From: an uncultured Candidatus Actinomarina sp.
GTDB taxonomy: Bacteria > Actinomycetota > Acidimicrobiia > Actinomarinales > Actinomarinaceae
Reading direction: 5' to 3'
Assembly (NCBI GenBank): GCA_902533795.1
Contig: CACAND010000001.1
Coordinates: 238,844 to 302,843 of the forward strand
DNA: 64,000 nucleotides
Notes under the pieces: generated by a model
What the model saw: the letters and a program-made list of their open reading frames with translations, nothing else
Databases searched by the model: none
What the model was told of the DNA's origin: nothing
Translations under genes and position numbers: made by a program
Shown: positions 28,212 to 35,833 of the stretch, piece after piece
Layout: each line of letters opens with the position of its first letter
Numbering within the stretch: the stretch's first letter is position 1

Positions 28212-29480
28212 CTATAAAACTTGAATTTTCACATCTTTTCTTGGATTTGGTATAGGCGCAGGATTTATTTTTAGGTCTTCATCTGTTGTAATTTGCTCGA
28301 AATTATCAACAAGTTTGTAAATTACGTTCTTAAACAAATAACTAGCAAAAAACTTTCCAAGACATGTGTGAGCACCGCCAGCAAAAGGAAAATAAGCTTC
28401 ATGCGTTACGTTTGGATCTTCAAATCTTGCAGGATTAAAGTTTATTGGATCATCCCAATATCTTTTATCATTGTGTAATACCAGAGGACCAGCAGCGATG
28501 TATGTATCTTTGGGTATTTCATAACCCTCAAGTTCTGTGTCATTAACAACCAGTCTTGGAGAGAAAGGAACTGGGGGATATTTTCTTATTGCCTCGTTAA
28601 ATAACGCTTCTCCAATAATTCCATTTTTCAGATCAGATATATCTATTTTTGACAAGTTAGAAGACTCTAGTTTGACTTTATTTTGATAATCTATATCACG
28701 AGCAAGAAAATGGATTGATGAAGTTAAAGTGCTTGTTGTTGTGTCGTGTGCAGCAAGAAGTAAAAATATCATATGTTCAGCAATTTCAAAATTTGTTAGT
28801 CCTGCCTCCTCCTTATTTGTTTTTACTAAATCAGAAAACAATGTTTCCTTTGAGAGGTCAATGCTACTTGATTTATCTTGAAAATATTCCAGCAACTCTT
28901 CTCGGGCCTTTAAACCTTTTTTCATTCTTGTAAGTGGATAAGGATTCCTTACAATTGTTGTCGCAGGTTTGATTGAATTTATAAATAGCTGATTTAGATA
29001 ACTCAATTTTGAATCGTCAACTTCATCAAAAAATAATTCGACAGCAACATTGAACATAAGTTGTTTTATTGATTTGTAAAGATAAAATTCTTTCTTTTGT
29101 TTTACTTCTTCTATCCAAGAATTTATTCTTGGCTGAATAATATGCAAATATTTTTCTAATGCATCTCTTCTAAATGAATTCTGTAACAGTGATCTGTGAT
29201 ACTTATGATCGTCAAAATCTCTGAGCATTAAACCATTTTCAAAAGTTGGACCAATAGAAAACTCCCACCCATGTTTCGATGAAAAATTGTCGTCAGGATC
29301 CAAAAAGATTTTTTTTGTGGCAGAGGGCGTCAAAAACAAAAGTACATCTTCATTTAATATATTTAGCTCAAATACATCTCCTTTTGATTCCTGAAGCCTT
29401 TGTATTAAGGAAAGTGCATCATAATTAAATTGTATTGAGTGACCTACTATTGGTGGGCTTCCAGCCACTGGTGCTTTCAT
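28212..29480 (-). CDS. Cytochrome P450
   Basis: 422 aa. Has LLAAHDTT (I-helix), EAIR (ExxR) and the heme loop FPFAGGAHTCLGKFFA. Confidence 0.88.
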   Translation of the reverse strand: MKAPVAGSPPIVGHSIQFNYDALSLIQRLQESKGDVFELNILNEDVLLFLTPSATKKIFLDPDDNFSSKHGWEFSIGPTFENGLMLRDFDDHKYHRSLLQNSFRRDALEKYLHIIQPRINSWIEEVKQKKEFYLYKSIKQLMFNVAVELFFDEVDDSKLSYLNQLFINSIKPATTIVRNPYPLTRMKKGLKAREELLEYFQDKSSSIDLSKETLFSDLVKTNKEEAGLTNFEIAEHMIFLLLAAHDTTTSTLTSSIHFLARDIDYQNKVKLESSNLSKIDISDLKNGIIGEALFNEAIRKYPPVPFSPRLVVNDTELEGYEIPKDTYIAAGPLVLHNDKRYWDDPINFNPARFEDPNVTHEAYFPFAGGAHTCLGKFFASYLFKNVIYKLVDNFEQITTDEDLKINPAPIPNPRKDVKIQVL

Positions 29481-29517
29481 AGTTTAATTTTAGATTGATA
29501 AATTGAAGGTACAAAGC

Positions 29518-29554
29518 AAAAATCCCGATTGATCTTGCGACCCTTCGGGATTTT
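29518..29554 (-). terminator. Intrinsic terminator/attenuator hairpin of module copy B
   Basis: Identical hairpin to copy A plus a U-tract. It ends ~37 nt upstream of the P450 ATG. Confidence 0.6.
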
Positions 29555-29606
29555 CTGTTCTATCTTCTTTTCCATCTTGCGATTTCTTTTCCGATAGTGT
29601 TCTATA

Positions 29607-29635
29607 AATATACGGCAGTTTTGGTTTATACGCAA
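29607..29635 (-). promoter_or_regulatory. Sigma70/SigA-like promoter of module copy B
   Basis: Minus-strand TTGCGT, a 17-nt spacer, then TATATT. Confidence 0.5.
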
Positions 29636-29664
29636 GAAAATTACTAATGTATTTTTCGCGAACT

Positions 29665-30120
29665 TTATGGGCTATTTTCTCTTCTTATTTCACTCAAAAT
29701 AAGATTTAGTTCGTTATTTTCCAAATGTTTTGAAATGACATTATAAGAACTATCTTGGAATACGAAGGTAAGAGTGAAGTCTTCACTTTCTGTTATTTCG
29801 ATAATCTCATTGATGGGTTTGATTACAGATAATATTTTTTGTTTAGTTTTTATCGCAATTTTCCCATTTTTAACTTCAATAACGGGTTGAAAAAGATTTT
29901 GCAGGGAAATAACTATTTGAAATATCCCAAAAAATAAAATTATAAAATATAAGCTTTCTTCTCTTGCATTGGAACCAAACTCCTCAAGATCAAAATATTG
30001 TTTTAATAGCTCCCTTAATGGCCCTTCAAGAATATTGTCTAATGCTGAATATGACAGGAATACTCCACTCAAAAATTGTGGTACGAAGATTTTTTTATAC
30101 CTAAAAAGTTTTTTTTCCAT
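29665..30120 (-). CDS. Hypothetical membrane protein
   Basis: 151 aa with two hydrophobic segments. No recognisable domain. Confidence 0.35.
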   Translation of the reverse strand: MEKKLFRYKKIFVPQFLSGVFLSYSALDNILEGPLRELLKQYFDLEEFGSNAREESLYFIILFFGIFQIVISLQNLFQPVIEVKNGKIAIKTKQKILSVIKPINEIIEITESEDFTLTFVFQDSSYNVISKHLENNELNLILSEIRRENSP

Positions 30121-30169
30121 AAATTAATCTTATTACTACAAGAATACTCAAGTATAGTTATTGTTTAAT

Positions 30170-30868
30170 ATGGAAATTGTACTTATCAGACATGGTCAAC
30201 CAGACTGGGGAAGTGGAGTTAACGCTTACACTGCCAATCCAGAATTAACTGAGCTTGGAAAAATTCAATCAGAAAAATCATCAGCTGTTTTTAATAAAAG
30301 TAGCGTTGATGAACTTTGGGTATCTCCCCTTACACGAGCACAAGAAACACATAATCCGTTTAAAGATAAAAGTATTTCTAAAGACATTCATGTCTTTGAG
30401 TGGCTTAAAGAAATGGAAGATGAAGAAGAAAAAGCATTATTTGGTAAGAGCCAAGAAGAAGTTATGGATTTTTTCGAAAAACGAAATACTCAATCTTTCG
30501 AAGAATGGATTGGTGGTAATCATGGCCAATATATGGAAAAATTTAGAGACAATATAATTTTAAATCTTGAATCCGAATTAAAAAAAAGAAGTATTAACCC
30601 TTTAGGTAATCAATACGATAGGCTCTTTGAATTAAATAATTCGGAATTACAGAAAATTATAATTATCTCCCATGCAGGAACCATGTCGGTTCTAATTTCA
30701 TATTTCTTAAATATGCCCCTTTACCCTTGGACTTGGAGAAAATTTCTACCAAGACACGCTGGTCATACTAGATTAAAATCTACAGAAATTTCTTCGGGAC
30801 ATTTTTTTCGACTAAAGGAATTCAATAATGTCTCGTTTTTAAATTCTGAAGAAGAAAAAACATATTAA
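30170..30868 (+). CDS. Histidine phosphatase (phosphoglycerate-mutase-like) family protein
   Basis: LIRHGQP (RHG motif), SPLTRAQET, and a second His in ISHAGT. ATG at 30170 is preferred over TTG at 30161. Confidence 0.72.
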   Translation: MEIVLIRHGQPDWGSGVNAYTANPELTELGKIQSEKSSAVFNKSSVDELWVSPLTRAQETHNPFKDKSISKDIHVFEWLKEMEDEEEKALFGKSQEEVMDFFEKRNTQSFEEWIGGNHGQYMEKFRDNIILNLESELKKRSINPLGNQYDRLFELNNSELQKIIIISHAGTMSVLISYFLNMPLYPWTWRKFLPRHAGHTRLKSTEISSGHFFRLKEFNNVSFLNSEEEKTY

Positions 30869-30893
30869 AAATTTAAGTAATAAAATTCTTTAT

Positions 30894-31562
30894 ATGCCGT
30901 ATACAAAAATACTCCCTGAGGTAGTGATACCCTCAAATACTCCGAGAAAAAGACGATTTTTCCTTCAGAAACTAGCATATTTTTTACTACTTTTTGAGGA
31001 CATTAGAGCGGTTGGTAGTTTTTTAGATAATAAAAGAGTCATAGTTGTTGCGGCACCCCATCAGTCAGCAAAAGACGAATACCTTATGATTCTCATGATT
31101 CTAGCTATGGATATTAAGGTAAGTTATTTGTCAGCTAAATGGACAATGCGCAAACTACCAAATCCATTTATTAAATCGAGTGATATTGATAAACAAGGTC
31201 TTAGATGGCCACTTGGTTGGCTTCAAGAAAAGCTATTTAGAAGATTTGGTGCAATCCCTGTTGATAGAAAAGAAGGGTCTGGTCAATATGATTCAGTAAT
31301 TGAAGAACTAAAAAAAATTGATAATTTTTTATTAATTATAACCCCGGAAGGTAGGTTTGATGCTGATAGATTCAGATCGAGTTTCGTATATCTTGCAAAA
31401 GAGCTTGAAGCAGAGGTTATGCCTGTTCAAATTGATTACAAAAATAAACAATTAAAATTTTTGCCCTCGTTTAATATGGCTGGAAAAAAGGAAGAAATCA
31501 TCAAAAGAATCCGATTAGAATTTGATGGTATAAAGGGTAGAAAAAAAATATTTAGAGCTTGA
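30894..31562 (+). CDS. PlsC-like acyltransferase
   Basis: 222 aa. HX4D motif (APHQSAKD). Paralog of 19874..20539. Confidence 0.6.
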   Translation: MPYTKILPEVVIPSNTPRKRRFFLQKLAYFLLLFEDIRAVGSFLDNKRVIVVAAPHQSAKDEYLMILMILAMDIKVSYLSAKWTMRKLPNPFIKSSDIDKQGLRWPLGWLQEKLFRRFGAIPVDRKEGSGQYDSVIEELKKIDNFLLIITPEGRFDADRFRSSFVYLAKELEAEVMPVQIDYKNKQLKFLPSFNMAGKKEEIIKRIRLEFDGIKGRKKIFRA

Positions 31563-32365
31563 TGGAAGAAAAAATCTTCAACCTTATTAAAAGTAGAGGA
31601 CCATGGTTCTTGAAAAACAATATTTTGTCTCAAGCAATATTCAATTTTTTATCAAAGTATTTGAGAATAAAAGAATCAATTTATGTTGGTGATCATATTC
31701 AAAGTATGTCGGGACCAGAAGCTTTTACATGGCTAGGAGAAACATACACAAAAAAGTGTGAGATTGATGGATTGGATAATATTCCAAAAAAAGGGAAGTG
31801 TTTAATAGTATCAAATCATCCAATGGGCCCAGCAGATGCAGTTGCTCTGTATTATTCTGTTTCTAAAGTAAGGAAAGATGCTTTCTTTTTTGCTAATGAA
31901 ATATTCGTTTATCTACTTGGAGCTTTTGATAATATGATGGCTCCTGTTGTATGGGATCAAGAGACTCAACTTCACACAGCTACAAAAAAAACTATTGAAA
32001 GGATGCGGACTTTTTTCTCTGAAGAAAGAATAGGAATTTTATTTCCATCTGGAAGATTATCAAAATTTACACTATTTGGACTGAAAGAAAGAGCTTGGCA
32101 AAAAACTCCGTTGAGCATCGCCGAGAGGCATGAGTGTTTATTAGTTCCAGCGTACATAGTTGGTCGAAATTCATGGTTTTTTTATTTTGCTTCATTAATA
32201 AATAAACAGTTAAGAGATGTCACACAATTAAATGAATTATTAAATAAAAAGAATAAAAAAATAAAGATAATTATTGGAAAACCGGTCTCTAGAAATCAGC
32301 TATATGAAAATGATGATGATGCAATTAAACAATTAAAGAAATTATCTGATTCTTTAAAAAAGTAA
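31559..32365 (+). CDS. Acyltransferase-domain protein (NHPxGxxD-type, 'putative hemolysin'/lyso-lipid acyltransferase-like)
   Basis: 268 aa. Has VSNHPMGPADAVA and FPSGR motifs. Its start overlaps the upstream stop (ATGA). Confidence 0.5.
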   Translation: MMEEKIFNLIKSRGPWFLKNNILSQAIFNFLSKYLRIKESIYVGDHIQSMSGPEAFTWLGETYTKKCEIDGLDNIPKKGKCLIVSNHPMGPADAVALYYSVSKVRKDAFFFANEIFVYLLGAFDNMMAPVVWDQETQLHTATKKTIERMRTFFSEERIGILFPSGRLSKFTLFGLKERAWQKTPLSIAERHECLLVPAYIVGRNSWFFYFASLINKQLRDVTQLNELLNKKNKKIKIIIGKPVSRNQLYENDDDAIKQLKKLSDSLKK

Positions 32366-32367
32366 CT

Positions 32368-33357
32368 TTAGGAGACTGTTTCACCTGTTGTCGGACTAAC
32401 ACCTAAATTGCCAACCATGTATCCAAATAGCAGGGGAGTTGTTATCAATCCTCCTAATCCATAAAATCTCCAAGAAAGATCATATCCCCCATTAGTCGCA
32501 ATAAGTAATATGTACAAAACAACTGTTAAGCCATACATTGCACCTACTAAGGCAGTAGATATTTGGATTTTTCTATCATGATTAGTCCTGTAATACCATG
32601 ATGATATTTGATAGATAAGTAAAGAAACAAATCCGCCAGCGATAAGAGTTCCAAATAAAAGTTGAGAGTCTCCTAATAGAAAAATTAGAGATTGGTACAT
32701 AAAAGAAATAAGATAAATTAATGCCATATTTCTTGGTAAGACGTTAAATCTTATAGCGTATACAAAAACAACCGAACTCAACATTGCTTGAAAAAAAACA
32801 GAAGATGCAGAAAACGCCTGATAAATAAATTCATTATTTTGAAAAAACATATATGGCTCAAAAAATGGGTTTACAAACTGTGTTATGTAAACGATCAGTG
32901 CGTAGCTCGATGCTAGCGCAAACAATGATGCAGTATCTAGGATCTCTTTATTTGGTCTTGATGCAAAAACATGGTCAAGCATTAAGAAAGCTCCTAAGAA
33001 TAGCATTAAATGAGAGGGTGTAATTAGTGGTTCAATCCCAACTTCTATTCCTAAAAGTGAATGCCATATTGCGTCTGATCCACCTCCAACTGCAAAAATA
33101 CAAGCGCCAAGTATTCCAACGTCAAAATTAAAATCTCTCATTTTGTTTTTGACATAGAGAGCCGATAAAACAACGACACCAAACCCAGAGTATAAAATTC
33201 CATGCCATGGCGTAAAGAAAGACTCAAGTTCATCAATAATATATCTATGAGCACTTGCGTCAACCCATGCTCCAATAAACATCCAAAGCATAGCAAAGAT
33301 CATTAGCCTGCGATATTTTGGTTCAGTGATAGGAAGAGGAGCCAGTTTATTGAACAT
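32368..33357 (-). CDS. Hypothetical polytopic membrane protein with conserved His residues
   Basis: 329 aa, about 9 TM. His-containing motifs DASAH, TPWH, DAIWH and PSH. No family recognised. Confidence 0.4.
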   Translation of the reverse strand: MFNKLAPLPITEPKYRRLMIFAMLWMFIGAWVDASAHRYIIDELESFFTPWHGILYSGFGVVVLSALYVKNKMRDFNFDVGILGACIFAVGGGSDAIWHSLLGIEVGIEPLITPSHLMLFLGAFLMLDHVFASRPNKEILDTASLFALASSYALIVYITQFVNPFFEPYMFFQNNEFIYQAFSASSVFFQAMLSSVVFVYAIRFNVLPRNMALIYLISFMYQSLIFLLGDSQLLFGTLIAGGFVSLLIYQISSWYYRTNHDRKIQISTALVGAMYGLTVVLYILLIATNGGYDLSWRFYGLGGLITTPLLFGYMVGNLGVSPTTGETVS

Positions 33358-33424
33358 AAAAATATCTTATCATGAAAGAATTTAAATTTTGGTTTGTATT
33401 TTTTGTCTTTAATAAAATAAAAGG

Positions 33425-34588
33425 ATGGATAAATTTAAAAGAACCTTAACCCTCAAAAATTCAATTTTGTTAGGTTTAAGCTCCATGATTGGTGCTGGTC
33501 TGTTTTTCAACATATCACCAACATCAAAAATTGCTTCTTACTCATCAATATTAGGGTTGCTATTTGCTGGTACGGTGGCTTATGCCAATGCTAGTTCATC
33601 CGCGCAACTTGCAAGAATTTACCCTCAAACTGGAGGAACTTATCTTTACGCAAAGAATGTTCTTGGAAACTTTCCATCCTTAGTTGCAGGATATGCATTT
33701 ATAATCGGAAAATTAATTAGTTGTGTTGCCGTTTCTCTGACTCTTGGCAATTATTTATATCCAGAGAATCCAAAAATAATCGCGTTGTTGTTTATTTTTT
33801 CAGTTACATTAATTAATTATTTTGGAATTTCAAAAACTGTAGATATTGCTAAATGGTTCACATACACAATCATTCTCATAATTATCTTTTATTTAATATC
33901 GGTGACAAGTTCTGAAAACTTTTCAATGAATATACAAATAACAAAAGGTCTATCTCTAAAGAATTTAATTTTGAGTGCAAGCATATGGTTTTTTGCATTT
34001 ACAGGATACTCAAGACTTGCAACATTTGGTGAGGAGGTCAGCAATCCAGAAAAGATCATTCCAAAAGCAATACTTACCGGTTTAGGGATAACATTATTTA
34101 TATATGTTGCTACATCTTATGCAACACTCGGGATCGTTAGTCCAAGTATCATTGAAAATTCTTCTACTCCTTTAAAAGTGGCCTTCGACTTGAGTCGTTT
34201 TTCTGAATTTTCATATCTAATAGTGATTGCTTCCACAATCGCAACAGGTTCTGTGTTGCTCGCTCTATTGCCTGGAATAAGTAGAGTGTTAGTTGCAATG
34301 TCTAGGGATAAAAAAATTCCAGATTATTTCAAGACAATTCATCCAAAGCAAAATTCTGCCTATATCTCCGATATTTTTGGTGGCTTATTGGTTGCAGCAG
34401 GTGTTTTGACTTTTGATCTTCTACCAGCAGTAAAGTTAAGTGCGATATTTATTTTGATATACTATTCAATCACAAATTTATGTGTTATTAAGCTTGAAAA
34501 GTCTGAAAGAATATTCTCAGTTATGATCTCAATTTACGGATTAGTCTTTTGCGGGACGCTTGGAATCTTTCTTATAATTTATTTTTAA
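33425..34588 (+). CDS. APC-superfamily amino-acid permease
   Basis: 387 aa, about 11 TM. N-terminal LSSMIGAGLF motif. Confidence 0.68.
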   Translation: MDKFKRTLTLKNSILLGLSSMIGAGLFFNISPTSKIASYSSILGLLFAGTVAYANASSSAQLARIYPQTGGTYLYAKNVLGNFPSLVAGYAFIIGKLISCVAVSLTLGNYLYPENPKIIALLFIFSVTLINYFGISKTVDIAKWFTYTIILIIIFYLISVTSSENFSMNIQITKGLSLKNLILSASIWFFAFTGYSRLATFGEEVSNPEKIIPKAILTGLGITLFIYVATSYATLGIVSPSIIENSSTPLKVAFDLSRFSEFSYLIVIASTIATGSVLLALLPGISRVLVAMSRDKKIPDYFKTIHPKQNSAYISDIFGGLLVAAGVLTFDLLPAVKLSAIFILIYYSITNLCVIKLEKSERIFSVMISIYGLVFCGTLGIFLIIYF

Positions 34589-34614
34589 ATCGGATCGTAG
34601 TTAATCTTATTATA

Positions 34615-34695
34615 TGGATGTAAAAAGAATCGTCGCACTTGCCTTCACATTACTAATACCAATGTTTGTTGGATTTCTTTATTTAATGCTCTAAT
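34615..34695 (+). CDS. Possible 26-aa hydrophobic micropeptide (MDVKRIVALAFTLLIPMFVGFLYLML)
   Basis: An ATG..TAA ORF read by hand in the 263-nt spacer. It has one TM-like segment and no convincing SD. Confidence 0.15.
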
Positions 34696-34851
34696 TTCAC
34701 ATTTATTGTTAATTTGTGAAAAAATTATCACAATCTTGCAGGCTTGTGAATCCAAATCTATACTTATTTTATAGGCTAACTGCAAGTATGCGTTATTGAG
34801 TCACTCAAACACTCTTCCAAAAGTAGTTAGCCTGTGCTCTAATATAATCTT

Positions 34852-35352
34852 ATGAATAAAATTTTATCTGTAAAAAAAAGTAAGAAAATGAACTTCTCAA
34901 AGGATGAAGTTTGGGATGTTATTACAACTCCAAATTATTTAAATGAAACCCATCCCTTTTGTAAGGTTAACAATGCTATCTCTTGGCCAGGTGTCGGTTC
35001 AAAAGATACATTGGAGTATTTAAGCGGATTGACCTTCGAAAGAGAATTTACACACTGGGATGAAAATGGATATGATTTAATAATTGGTACGGCAAATGGA
35101 AGAAAGTCTAAGGTTCGATGGAGATTGACTGGGAATGATCAAGAATCTGAATTATCAATTCAAATAAACACATACCCTCTAAAAAATTTTCCCGGTCCAC
35201 TGTACGTGATACCGTTTGTGTTCCAAGTAAATCCTCAATTAAGAAAATATTTAGACTCTGTACTTGGAGGAATTGAGTATTTCTTAATAAACAAGAATCC
35301 AGTTCCAAGAAATCATTTTGGAACCCATAAGTGGTTTTCTGAGATTAAGTAA
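34852..35352 (+). CDS. SRPBCC (START/polyketide-cyclase-like) family protein (tentative)
   Basis: 166 aa. The N-terminal block (KMNFSKDEVWDVITTP) and the size fit SRPBCC proteins. Motif-level evidence only. Confidence 0.4.
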   Translation: MNKILSVKKSKKMNFSKDEVWDVITTPNYLNETHPFCKVNNAISWPGVGSKDTLEYLSGLTFEREFTHWDENGYDLIIGTANGRKSKVRWRLTGNDQESELSIQINTYPLKNFPGPLYVIPFVFQVNPQLRKYLDSVLGGIEYFLINKNPVPRNHFGTHKWFSEIK

Positions 35353-35716
35353 CTATCTCATCAATTTTAATAATTGATCTATTTTCGTTTGAGCCCCTTA
35401 TAAACATCTTTGACATTGAACCATATTTTTTGATTATTTTATTTAATGCTTCTTGTTTAATGTCCTCATCTTCAATTAATGATGCTTTTACATTAACTGG
35501 CTCTGATAAAGTACTACTTCCCATTTGATCTGTAATATAAATTGTTGCTTTGCCATTATTTTTAATTCTTTTTACTTTCCCTCCGGATTTACTGGATGTG
35601 ATCACTAGATAATTATCATATTTAGCAACCCATACGGGAGTTTTTACTGATGTATTGTCTTTTTTATAGGTAACAAGATTTATATATTCATGATCAGCAA
35701 AATCTAATAGTTCCAT
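35345..35716 (-). CDS. PPOX-class (pyridoxamine-5'-phosphate-oxidase-like), probably F420-dependent, small protein
   Basis: 123 aa. INLVTYKKDNTSVKTPVWV...GGKVKRIKNNGKATI matches the split-barrel PPOX pattern common in Actinobacteria. Confidence 0.55.
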   Translation of the reverse strand: MELLDFADHEYINLVTYKKDNTSVKTPVWVAKYDNYLVITSSKSGGKVKRIKNNGKATIYITDQMGSSTLSEPVNVKASLIEDEDIKQEALNKIIKKYGSMSKMFIRGSNENRSIIKIDEIVT

Positions 35717-35833
35717 AATTAAAAATAGTTTAACAAAAGTGAGGGTAGTTGAATTAATCTTTTTGCAATATAAGAATCAGAAAATACTAGAAAAAGTATA
35801 AATATCAGAATCAAAATGAGTCTGTAAGGTACT

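Larger units (their letters stand above)
29513..29666 (-). repeat. Copy B of the palindrome-promoter-leader-terminator module
   Basis: Direct repeat of 28045..28198, lying between the stop of 29665..30120 and the P450 start. Confidence 0.85.

Noticed and set aside
27979-28224. Plus-strand 81-aa ORF spanning repeat copy A.
   Set aside because: No equivalent ORF exists across copy B. It runs antisense through the promoter/terminator module and into the lipoprotein gene start, so it is best explained as chance.
34714-34733. TTGTGA-N8-TCACAA as a CRP/GlxR-type site.
   Set aside because: The CRP-family consensus is TGTGA-N6-TCACA. The 8-nt spacing does not fit, so I report it only as an inverted repeat, not as a CRP site.
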